A DNA stretch of 64,000 bases from positions 124,001-188,000 of the forward strand of contig NIVC01000292.1 of assembly GCA_002269645.1 (NCBI GenBank), given 5' to 3'. Below are positions 1 to 12,400 of the stretch, piece by piece; positions within the stretch are counted from its first letter, which is position 1; each line of letters begins with the position of its first letter. The translations under genes and the position numbers were made by a program. Source of the DNA: Macrostomum lignano (Eukaryota). Below the pieces are notes generated by a model. That model was not told the DNA's origin, made no database searches, and saw nothing but the letters and a program-made list of their open reading frames with translations.

Positions 1-1296
1 CAGATTTCACAAATCTAATAAAGCTTGATGAAGCCGGTCCAGCATCTTCACCGAATGCCAATTGACTGAGAAGTGCCCCGGGCACTGGAGATATTAATTA
101 TGAGTGGGGGGGGGGGGCTGCAGGTGAGATTAGCCCGCCTGGCTTAACCAGCCAATTGCCTGAGCCTCTCAGGTGCGAATCCGATAATTGGAGTGAATTT
201 CGGGCCAGCTGTAGTCCTCAGCTCGAATCCCTCACGCGCCATTAGCTAAACTGGGAATTAATCAATCCGACCTACGGTCTCCTGGGAGCGCCTCTGGTAA
301 GCCGAAATCCCCTCGGATCCGGGAAGATTTCCCTCCCATCGCTCCGATTTTGGCTCGGGATCCGCGGCCTCCGTGCAATTCTTGCTTTGGAAAATTTTTG
401 AGGGGAATTTTTTAGCTAGTAAGTAGGAGCAGAGGCCCCCTTTCCCATAGGCCTAATTAGAGTGGCCCCCCTCAGTCTCTCTTCAATGAAGAAGTTTTTT
501 AATTAAGCCATTGGACCCGGCTGTAATTACCAAAATGGGGTGGTGGGTGCCAGCCTGAGCAGCCCAGCGCTTAGTGCAGCCGAGCCCCCCTCAAGCCTAA
601 AACTTCATTAACCAAAGGTAATCAATCGTTGGCGGCTTGAGGGCCTCTTTCTAATTATGCCACAGCGGCCTGGAGAGGCCTGAGGAGTGAGAGGCGGTAT
701 TTGTAAGGCACGCCCGCCCCCTTCTACCTAAAGAAAGCGAGCGGGCCAAGGCAGCATTAATGACCCGATAGCCGGGCCTCTGTGGTTATATTAGCACAGG
801 GGAAACACAGGCCGCCCCAGCACCTCATTAAGGGAAGCGGAGGCTGGGGTGGCGGCCGCAAGCCGTCTTCTCCCATAGAATCCCAAACTCCCTAATGACT
901 GGGGAGGTGGAGGGGAGGGCGGGGGGAGGGCGGGGGCCCCCCTACGCAGTTTGCAGCTGCGCGCGCGCCTGATGATGCCGACTGATGAAGGGGAACACGG
1001 GGGAGGCTGGGAGGAGGGCGGCGAGGCCTGATGCAGCTTTCAGAGAAGCTGAGGGACGCAAGCGGCCGTTAGGAAAAGTGTGCAAGAGAGAAATGATGAA
1101 AAGTAATCCCTAATTTCTCCGCTTCCAAAGGCGGTCGCGGGCGTTGCCTGCGCATCTGGGGGAATCTAGGCTGATGAAGCTGATGAGGTGTGGGAAGCTG
1201 GGGATGGAGAGCTGCAGTGATGAAGAAGCTGGACACCAGCGCTTGATGAGACCGGCTTAATGGATTCTAAAGCGAACCAAGGCATCTATCTACGAG

Positions 1297-2510
<1,214 letters not shown>

Positions 2511-3157
2511 AACTCACGGCTGTTTGGCAGATCGGCAGGCATGCAGGAAGTCCTTTCGAGTTCCGAGTCCATTGCTCCTCTCAGCCGCAATTCTCTTGAC
2601 ACTCTTGAAAGCTTTTCTGTAAAAATTTCTGGGCCCAGCAACTCTGAGACCTGATGAACAGGAAATTGCAACAACTGCGGGGGATGCGGGCAGTCGGGCG
2701 ATAAAAATGGTGAGGAGGGTGGGGTGGGCGTTCGTGCTGCCCCGGGCCTCTCCCAGCCGCTCTACAGCCAATGGCCGCCACCCCAGCCTCAGCGCACGCC
2801 GTGCTTGCGGAGACGGCGTGTTGTGGCTCAGGTGAGCCGAAATGGAAGCAGATTTTGATGTGCCTTTTTTTGCTGCCAGCCAAGCTTCTGCTTTGACGCT
2901 AAAACTCACATTTAAATGTCGCAAATTCTATAGTCGCTCTTCAACTCTGGGACCGATAGAGCAGGAAGTTGGCGAGTTAAAACCTTCTTCACATATTCGC
3001 TAATTGCCTACTTGCAGTAGCTAAGTTCGCGCGAAATTGAAAAATAACCAACAAAAGCCAACGACTGCTAGCATAGTGGTTTATCTCTACCGGTGTATTT
3101 ATGTAAGCTGCAACTACCATCACCAGGGAATCGGTGAAGATTTGAGAGGCTGGGTCT

Positions 3158-3682
3158 AGTCAGTCAGTCAGTCAGTCAGTCAGTCAGTCAGTCAGTCAGT
3201 CAGTCAGTCAGTCAGTCAGTCAGTCAGTCAGTCAGTCAGTCAGTCAGTCAGTCAGTCAGTCAGTCAGTCAGTCAGTCAGTCAGTCAGTCAGTCAGTCAGT
3301 CAGTCAGTCAGTCAGTCAGTCAGTCAGTCAGTCAGTCAGTCAGTCAGTCAGTCAGTCAGTCAGTCAGTCAGTCAGTCAGTCAGTCAGTCAGTCAGTCAGT
3401 CAGTCAGTCAGTCAGTCAGTCAGTCAGTCAGTCAGTCAGTCAGTCAGTCAGTCAGTCAGTCAGTCAGTCAGTCAGTCAGTCAGTCAGTCAGTCAGTCAGT
3501 CAGTCAGTCAGTCAGTCAGTCAGTCAGTCAGTCAGTCAGTCAGTCAGTCAGTCAGTCAGTCAGTCAGTCAGTCAGTCAGTCAGTCAGTCAGTCAGTCAGT
3601 CAGTCAGTCAGTCAGTCAGTCAGTCAGTCAGTCAGTCAGTCAGTCAGTCAGTCAGTCAGTCAGTCAGTCAGTCAGACAGTCA
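3158..3682. repeat. (AGTC)n / (TGAC)n microsatellite abutting the MCT stop codon
   Basis: Perfect AGTC array. On the minus strand it starts at the TGA stop of the MCT CDS. Confidence 0.99.
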
Positions 3683-5716
3683 GCCCTGCACCCGGGAGCT
3701 GGCCAGGCTCTGCAGGCTCCGCACAATGTCCTCCGTGTTTTCAGCCTCGCGCCGGCGGAAGCGGGGCAGGTGCAGCAGGCTGTGCATGAGGCCGCACAGG
3801 CAGAACAGCGCTCCGCTGACCAGGAACGGCACCAGGTAGCCGGAGGCCTCGGTGTACAGGCAGCCGCCGATGGGCGGGCCGCAGCTGGAGGACACTCCCC
3901 GCGCCAGCACCAGCAGGCCGAAGCCGCTGGTGACATTCTCCAAGCCGATCAGCTGGCACAGGATGACGCTGGTGAGGCTGATGTACGGCCCGGAGAAGAA
4001 GCCGAACAGCGCGAACACCGTCACCATAGAGACGTAGTTGTGGCAGACCACCAGCAGGGCGACGCAGACTCCAGTGATGAGGATGGTGACGTTGTTGATG
4101 GCCAGCGGGGAGAAGTGCTTCTGGCCGGCCAGGAAGCCGAAGGCCACCCGGGCGAGGGTGTTGGCGGCGCCGTAGGCCGAGATGAGGGTCGGCGTCAGCG
4201 CGGCGGGGACGCCGGTCTCCTTGGCAAAGTCGCTGATGAAGAAACCGGGGATGTAGAAGGCGATCATGCCCACCATGTTGGCGGCGAAGATGATAAGGTA
4301 GCTCAGCTCCTTCAGCAGGCTGAAGTTCGTCATGAGCGACAGCGCGTAGCGGAACGGCTTCGAGGCGCGCAGGGTGTCGAAGACGCCGACGACTTCAGCG
4401 CTGCCGTCGACGGACCTGACGACGACGGACTCGCGGTCCGCCTGGGGCAGGCGGGTCATTGACAGGTACAGGTCCGCCTGCGACACGTCCTTCAGCGACC
4501 GCTTCATCCTGGGATCGTTCTGGGCCAGGTCGAAGATCGAGCTGCCCAGGAAGATGTCCTTCTGGTTGAGCGGCCGGCGGACCTCCTGCAGGCGGCTGCG
4601 GCTGATGAGGCGGCCCGCCCCGCCGCCAGCAGCGGAGTCGGCCGCGGCGCTGGTCTGGCCTCGCGGCCGCACCCGGATCTCCGGCAGCATGTCCGGCGTG
4701 GACCCCATGAAGTTGCCGGGGGCTGCTGCCGCCGCGACCACCCGCGACTTGGACGGCTGCCGGACTTTGTTCCGCTTGAAGCGAATCGTGCCGGAGTCGC
4801 TGTTCGACCGCAGCCTCGGGTCCTCCGCCTCCGTGTCGGCTGTTCCGTTGGACGGGGCTGCTGTCTGTGCTACGTTCTTGATGTACTTCTGCACCAGGTT
4901 GCTGACGTTCTTGGAGCCGCCGGCCGCGTCATTGCCGACTCCGGTTGTCGGGGCCGCGGCCGGGTCGGTGACGCCGCCGCCGCCGCCATCAGTTTCGTCC
5001 GCTACCGGCGGCTTCTCGGCAACGTCAATGGGGCGCATCAGGCAGCCGAAGACGGCGCCGTTGAGGGTGACACCGGCGAGAATCATGAGGCAGTTCTGCC
5101 AGCCGTAGTGCTCCAGCAGCAGGCGCACCACCGGGCCCATCACCATGGTGCCGATGCCCGTGCCGCACACCGCCAGCCCCACTGCCAGCGAGCGCCGTTT
5201 GCGAAAGTAGAAGTTCACGATGACGATGGACGGCAGGTACATCAGGCCGAGTCCGATGCCACCCGCGACGCCGTACAGCAGAGTCAGCTGGGTGACGGTC
5301 CTGGCGAAGCTGCTGGCCAGGAAGGCCAGGCAGGCGATAACGGAGCCGAGGACGCAGGTGACTCGGCAGCCGAACTTGTTGACAAGGCCGCCGGCCACCG
5401 GCCCGGAGATGAGGTACACCCCGCACAGCAGCGACCCGATCAGCGACAGCGAAGACTTTGGCGCGTCTGCGAAATACTCGATGAAGTCGACCAGCAGCTC
5501 GCAGTAGGTGTTGGCGATGCCGTCGATGATGAAGTTGTTGCACATGCTGGCCAGCATCACCACCCAGGCGTAGCCGCGGTCCAGCGGCAGCGGCAGCATC
5601 GACTCCTCGACCTCCTCGATCTGCGGCTGCTCCTCCCCGATCGGCGTCAACATGGTGGCCTTCTGGGCTGCCGCAGCGTCCTCCGAACTGTCCGGCTGGT
5701 GGGCAACTTCAGGCAT
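3680..5716 (-). CDS. Monocarboxylate transporter, SLC16/MCT family (MFS), intronless, 678 aa
   Basis: Contains the family motif PLDRGYAWVV (cf. PDGGWGW), LVNKFGCR, YFRKRRSLAVGLAVCGTGIG and a YGWQN motif. It has two 6-TM halves separated by a large cytoplasmic loop, and strong GC3 codon bias. Confidence 0.93.
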   Translation of the reverse strand: MPEVAHQPDSSEDAAAAQKATMLTPIGEEQPQIEEVEESMLPLPLDRGYAWVVMLASMCNNFIIDGIANTYCELLVDFIEYFADAPKSSLSLIGSLLCGVYLISGPVAGGLVNKFGCRVTCVLGSVIACLAFLASSFARTVTQLTLLYGVAGGIGLGLMYLPSIVIVNFYFRKRRSLAVGLAVCGTGIGTMVMGPVVRLLLEHYGWQNCLMILAGVTLNGAVFGCLMRPIDVAEKPPVADETDGGGGGVTDPAAAPTTGVGNDAAGGSKNVSNLVQKYIKNVAQTAAPSNGTADTEAEDPRLRSNSDSGTIRFKRNKVRQPSKSRVVAAAAAPGNFMGSTPDMLPEIRVRPRGQTSAAADSAAGGGAGRLISRSRLQEVRRPLNQKDIFLGSSIFDLAQNDPRMKRSLKDVSQADLYLSMTRLPQADRESVVVRSVDGSAEVVGVFDTLRASKPFRYALSLMTNFSLLKELSYLIIFAANMVGMIAFYIPGFFISDFAKETGVPAALTPTLISAYGAANTLARVAFGFLAGQKHFSPLAINNVTILITGVCVALLVVCHNYVSMVTVFALFGFFSGPYISLTSVILCQLIGLENVTSGFGLLVLARGVSSSCGPPIGGCLYTEASGYLVPFLVSGALFCLCGLMHSLLHLPRFRRREAENTEDIVRSLQSLASSRVQG

Positions 5717-8006
5717 GGAGCTGCTGGCACTCTGGTGCTGCTGCTGCTTCTTCCCGGTTTTTTTCTGCTTTTCTGAGGCTTCGAGAGAGCAGATATCGGC
5801 GGCTCGCTAGGCGTGAGGCGGGGGGGGGGATGAACCGCGGCCAACGCACTAAGTCCCACGTGACCCAAATGAAGAAAGACTCTTTCTCCGACCGATTGCT
5901 GCTGCTGCTCGGGCCGAAGCCACTTATCAACTCCTGTTATCTGCCGAGCGGCGGTCGCTGCGAGCCTCAACAAGCCGCGACCTCGTGCTCCCTGTGGTTT
6001 CATTGTTCAGCGTATCAGCGGCGAGTTTCTCCTTGTTCTCCGGCTGCCTCCTTATCTTGGCGCACCGCGGGCCGCGCGAACTCCGCCGCACCTCCCGCCC
6101 ACTATCTGTCTATGCTGCTAGAAAAAAGCAATTATAGTGGCTTCTCACACCCGCTACTTTGGACTGAGCCATGGATGACTGCATTAGAAACCTGGAATTG
6201 GGAACTCCAAGCCAAGCCACGTCGTGATCGTTGAGGCAGCAGAGGCCTCCGCGCTTCAGGCTCTGCCTCTGGCAATGCGCTTTTTCAAGGGTATCAAAAT
6301 GTGGATTTTACTGATAACAGTAACAGTAGAAATTTAGTGGAATTAAATATTTGGAAATGAAAAGTACTCTTACTATACAGTTATGGAGGGGAAATAAAGG
6401 TTAATGTCAGATTTTTTATCTGTTGGATGTAGCAGTGTCTACTTGCTACTGCTAGTAGCTATTCACTACTTTTTCCTGCACTTTGGCGTTTGGAGATTTG
6501 GTGAATTAGAGATAGGGCGTATTACATATTTGATGGATTAGGGATGTTGCGGAGTGGGGCAGCAGCTGTCTTGGTGTACTGCTGCTACATTACTGGCGCA
6601 TATTTAAGTCAAAAAAGCAGAAAGTGTTGACAGAACTCCGAGCGGCAAAGTGTTTTGCCAAATTTTCAAATAAACAAATGCAATTATAATCGGCTTGTGC
6701 TTGTTAATTCGATGCTAATGCGATTCATAACAATGTGAATGTCCCATCTGTTTTACCGACTCCAATTTAAAAATAAATCAATTAAAGTATATTAAAGACA
6801 GGAAAACTTCGAAAACTCCAATCCAGTTCGTGTGTGCATGGCGAGCCAGAGATAAAGGGGGTGGGTACCCCAACCCCCCCCCCCCAACCAGGCCGAGGCT
6901 TTCCTCTTGCCCGCTTGTGCCTGTCTGACTTTGACTTTACCCTGATTGGTTGAGCGAGATAAATTGGGCCTGCACCTTACTAGGCTGAGTTTAGTCCGTC
7001 CTCTCTCCTCACTGCTCTCTCATTGGCTGAGAGAGATAGGGAGAGTGAGACAGGGCGTCTGAGATGATACAAGGACAAAACACAACAATATTATTGATAT
7101 TATTTAATTACCAATTAAAACCTCTGCCTTAGAAACTAGGGGGTCAAACTTTTTTCAATTCTAATTTCAACTAAGCCGCTTTTGTATCAGGACGGATTTA
7201 CGAGTACAGAGATTGCGAGAAGAGTTTAAATTGATAAAATAAACGGAAAGTCATTGACGGACAAGAGTTTCCCAATCCCAGCATCAATTTTGATCCGTTT
7301 TTGTGTCATTCACTAATCCCACGATGAGCTCGGAATTTATTTGGATAGGCCCATGAGCAGGTCAAAGTTAGAATGACATGGTCATGCTGCCGCCCCTGTT
7401 GCTGGCGCCACTGGCGAATCCAGGATCGAAGGTCAAAAGGCTGACCCCCCGAGAACATTAGTGTTATGATAAATGCCAAGTCATGTTTGCGAGCGACCGA
7501 GGAAAACTCTTAGACCCAGGCACTGGGTAAACACCGATATATATTGTTGAGAATTTCACTGTACATAGAAGGGGTGGGGGCAGTGTACACAGATGTACAC
7601 GAAATTGCGAGAGTAAATATTTACTGCACACAAGCCACACACAACAATTAGGGAAGTCAATGGACCTCCGGGAAACAGCCCAGATCGAAGAGTTTAAACT
7701 TTCGTTAGTTATATAGCTTAAAATACTCGTAGCTAGGCTTAAGCTCAGAGAGCTTGATCTTTAAGTTCAAATCGTCATTATCCGTCTTCAAATTGGTGGC
7801 GTTGAAGTCCAGAAGTTGTTTTTATAAAATTTCATATCAACGCAAATTTAAGAAACACTGGCAGATTCAGGTGGTCGGCTGGTCCACAGCTACCCAAGAA
7901 ACAGCTACCCATGCGCCTTTTTCCTGGGCTAATTGAGAAACTGTATATTCTCAACAGAGCTCTTGAGTTTTCCCAGCGAAACAAAGGCCGCCTTTCTGTG
8001 TACAAT

Positions 8007-8192
8007 CAGTAGCGCAACCTGAAATTTTTCAAGGGGGGGGGGCGGATTTTGAGGGTAAAGTCCCGGGAGGGGGGGGGCGGAGGGGTGGCTCTGTTTTTGG
8101 CGAAAATTCGCTTGGTCCCCCCTTTGATTTTTTTCGGTCCCCCGCCTAAGGGGGGGGGCGACCGCACCCCGCCCCCCCTGGTTGCGCCACTG
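8007..8192. mobile_element. hAT-type MITE
   Basis: TIRs CAGTAGCGCAACC / GGTTGCGCCACTG with internal G/C runs. A perfect 8-bp TSD TGTACAAT lies at 7999-8006 and 8193-8200. Confidence 0.85.
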
Positions 8193-9447
8193 TGTACAAT
8201 TGGACAAAGACATTGTAATAGAAGCGCTACCGTAGGAATAAATGCATGGGGTTTAAATAATTGAAATAATTGAGTAGGACTGTAGGAGTTTATTCATTTC
8301 AATAAATGAGAGGACATTTCAATTCATAATATTCATGAAACATTTTTAAAGTGCTCTCTAAGCGGTGTTTCACCTTTTAGCAACAATTTAGTAATTAAAA
8401 GTTCGTCAAATTAAAGTAATCAATAAGCTTAGCACGGTTCAAACGATTACAACGGGAAATTTGATTTTATTGTATTGAAACCTTGTATATTAAAAATACT
8501 TTGTAAAAATATTATAAAAGCAAAATTAGGCTTCCTTATGCCATATTATGTATTGACTGATTTTTTTGCATTACATCTGTAAAATAATTTGTTTTATTAT
8601 ATCTGTGAAAAATGTGACCTGAAAGTTTAAAATTTTCGCACGAAACAGAAGTTAAAGAAAACTACTCACGTTCCTCTGACATAACGAACGATAACATAAC
8701 CTATCAGATTTTTAACGGATATAACTGAGTTGAAACTAGAGTTATTATTCAGAGAAAAACATGATCCTGAAACTGCATACATCGGTTGCACTTGTTCAAA
8801 GTTTTTGCTACCCTCCTAAACTCTTCATCACTATATTATTGTATTTTTTATTTGCAATAATAATTAGTTTGAACTGTAGAGAGTTTTTAACTCTTTCATA
8901 ATGAGTAAAAAGATCTAGATCTAAATATGATCTAGAGTTATACCAATATGATATCATCCAAACAGCTTTCTATATTTTCTAAGGATAGTACAATTATAGT
9001 AACACAAGTGTATTTTAATACATACACAAGGTTTTATTTAAAATTAGCATTAAATCAGAAACATCATATCTTTTATTATACCCTTCTAATCCTAAAGCGT
9101 TTGATTAGGCTCAATAAAATAAAAAAAATCTAAAAATGAAAGCATAGCATTATTAACATATTTCAAAAAAAATCCATATTACAAATGCAATGTTTAAAAA
9201 TAAAAAAAATTACCACATTAACATATAGACTGTGGTCATATCAGTTATCTAAATTCTCTATTCCCTTAGTAGCTTTTAGTCCTATAACTATTTTTAATGA
9301 TTAATAAGTATAATTTTTGTTGCATTGCCTTTTGGAGATAAGTTAAACCATAATAACACAAATTTTACTGCAAATATTTGACTAAGAAACTAAAGATGAC
9401 TTTTTAAAGATTTCAGATTTTGGGCTTACACAGGAAAATATTATACA

Positions 9448-12400
9448 ATGACCCACCAAGTTGCTGATCTGATTGATATCCTTTTTATAAAAAAATATTT
9501 ATTGTCAGTCTACTTATGAAATTTAGCTTTAGCCATTACTTATATCATTAAAAAGCTGTTTAATCTAGTTGTGCATTCTTATTCTAAACTTTCCTTAACT
9601 TGCCCTAATCTTTTCCTGCACCTTCCGAGTACCAGAAAGTTTTTGGTTTTAATGAGTTTAACTCAATGCAAGCCAAAATTTTGCCTATGGTATGTATATT
9701 GCTGTAATCCATGAATTAAATGGTATTATTTCTAATAGTCCTGTGACATTTCTGTCAGTTTTGCTCATTCCAATCACCCTCTTGAACTTTAGTTTCCACC
9801 AGATCACAACTGCAAGCACTATTTGGTATTTATAACTAGCTATATGATCCAATCTCAATCCTCAAGGCCCTGGGCTCGGACAGGAATCTGGTCGTGTCCG
9901 CGCCAACTGGCAGCGGCAAGACCGTGGCGTTCGACCTGGCCATCATCAGGAATCTTGACGAACAGCGTCGGAACGGCGGCGAGTTCAAGAAGGCCGTCTA
10001 CAGTGGGTTCGGGTTCCAGCTACCCGCCCCGATGCTGACTTCTTTGATTTACATTAGCCTTCCAGATTCTTGAGCGGGACTCAAAAACCCCTCCCAGACC
10101 CTCAGACAGGACCTCCAGGCGGGACACCCACATCCTCTCAGCCCCTCAGATAGGACCTCCTCCAACATCCTCCTAAACCCTCAGACAGGACCTCCAACAT
10201 CCTCCCAGACCCTCAGACAGGACCTCCTCCAACATCCTGCCAGACCCTCAGACAGGACCTCCTCCAATATCCTCCCAGACCCTCAGACAGGACCTCCTCC
10301 AACATCCTGCCAGACCCTCAGACAGGACCTCCTCCAACACCCTCCCAGATCCTCAGACAGGACCTCCAGGCGGGACACGAACACCCTCCCAGATTGCAGT
10401 GAAAACCAACGCAAACACAAAATGCTACACAAAAGTATATCCTAGCCGCTGGCATTCGAACTCATATTGTTTCACCAGTTCCAAGGCTTTTTATTTTAAT
10501 TTCCCAACCCCGCAGTCTCTCCCCTGAAGGCCCTCTGCGAGGAGAAGCAGGCGCACTGGGAGTCCGTATTCGGTGCCCAGTTCGGCCTGGCCTGCGGCTG
10601 CGTCACTGGAGATTATGAGCAGATCAGCTTCGCCGAGATCGAGAGACTCGCCATCATCGCCACAACACCTGTGGGTCTGAGGTGCTGGGGTGGCTTCAGA
10701 CAGCAGCGTTGTTACAGCCTCTGATTGGGATGGAGTCTAGAGGTTAAGAAGTATATTAAATTAGTTTGGGAGAATGAAATTGGGAAAGTGAAGTTAGGGA
10801 GAGTGACATTGAGGAAATGCAGTTAGGGAGAGTGACATTGGGGAAATGAAGTTAGGGAGGGAGAGTGACATTGGGGAAATGAAGTTAGGGAGGGAGAGTG
10901 GCGTTGTGGAAATGAAGTTAGGGAGAATGACATTGAGGTAATGAAACTAGGGAGAGTGTCATTGGGGAAATGAAACTAGGAAGAGTGACATTGGGGACAT
11001 GCAGTTAGGGAGAATGGCATTGGAGGGATGAAATTAGGGAGAGTGACATAGAGGGATTGAAACTAGTGAGAGTGACATTGGGTAAATGCAGTTAGGGAGA
11101 GTGATATTGGGGAAATGCAGTTAGGGAGAGTGACATTGGGGTATTAAAACTATAGAGAGTGACATTGGGTAAATGCAGTTAGGGAGAGTAATATTGGGGA
11201 AGTGAAATATAGGGTTTATATGAATGTAACAATTTTTTCGGCAATAAACTTAAGTAACGCTCATACACCTCACGTTAATCTGCTGTCTATTTTTTCTTCC
11301 CCAGGAAAAATGGGACAGTTTGACCAGGCGGTGGAGGGAGAATGCCAGCTTCATGTCCAGCATTGGACTGTTCATGATTGATGAGGTTGGTAGCTTTTTA
11401 ACTCACTTTTAGTGTACAGTTTCTTTCAGGTAGTCAAAAGAATACATTCTACACTGTACACCTCAATTGTAACGCAAATGTCTCAGATTCCAATGTAAGC
11501 CTATCAGATTCCAATGTAAGCAAGCCTGTCAGATTCCAATGTAAGCCCAGGGACAACTTAAACTTGTCCCTATGTAAGCCTATAAGATTCCAATGTAAGC
11601 CTGTCAGATTCCAATTTAAGCCTACCAGACTCCAATGTAAGCCTATCAGATTCCAATGTAAACCTATGTCAGATTCCAATGTAAGCCTGTCAGATTCCAA
11701 TGTAAGCCTGTCAGATTCCAATGTAAACCTATATCAGATTCCAATGTAAGCCTGTCAGATTCCAATGTAAGCCTGTCAGATTCCAATGTAAGCCTGTCAG
11801 ATTCCAATGTAAGCCTGTCAGATTCCAATGTAAACCTATATCAGATTCTAATGTAAGCCTGTCAGATTCCAATGTAAGCCTGTCAGATTCCAATGTAAGC
11901 CTGTCAGATTCCAATGTAAGCCTGTCAGATTCCAATGTAAGCCTGTCAGCTTCCAATGTAAGCCTGTCAGATTCCAATGTAAGCCTGTCAGATTCCAATT
12001 TAAGCCTACCAGACTCCAATGTAAGCCTATTGGATTCCAATGTAGGCCTGTCAGATTCCAATGTAAGCCTGTCTGATTACAATGTAAGCCTGTCAGATTC
12101 CAATGTAAGCCTGTCAAATTCCAATGTAAACCTATGTCAGATTCCAATGTAAGCCTGTCAGATTCCAATGTAAGCCTGTCAGATTCCAATGTAAGCCTGT
12201 CAGATTCCAATGTAAGCCTGTCAGATTCCAATGTAAGCCTGTCAGCTTCCAATGTAAGCCTGTCAGATTCCAATGTAAGCCTGTCAGATTCCAATTTAAG
12301 CCTACCAGACTCCAATGTAAGCCTATTGGATTCCAATGTAGGCCTGTCAGATTCCAATGTAAGCCTGTCTGATTACAATGTAAGCCTGTCAGATTCCAAT

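Noticed and set aside
900-1260. Hammerhead ribozymes suggested by repeated CTGATGA motifs (also at about 2651)
   Set aside because: I could not find properly placed GAAA with helices I-III. An Infernal search with the hammerhead models would settle it.
3770-5776. Long antisense and alternate-frame ORFs over MCT, HFM1, DOCK and TCF25
   Set aside because: These are shadow ORFs produced by high GC3 codon bias.
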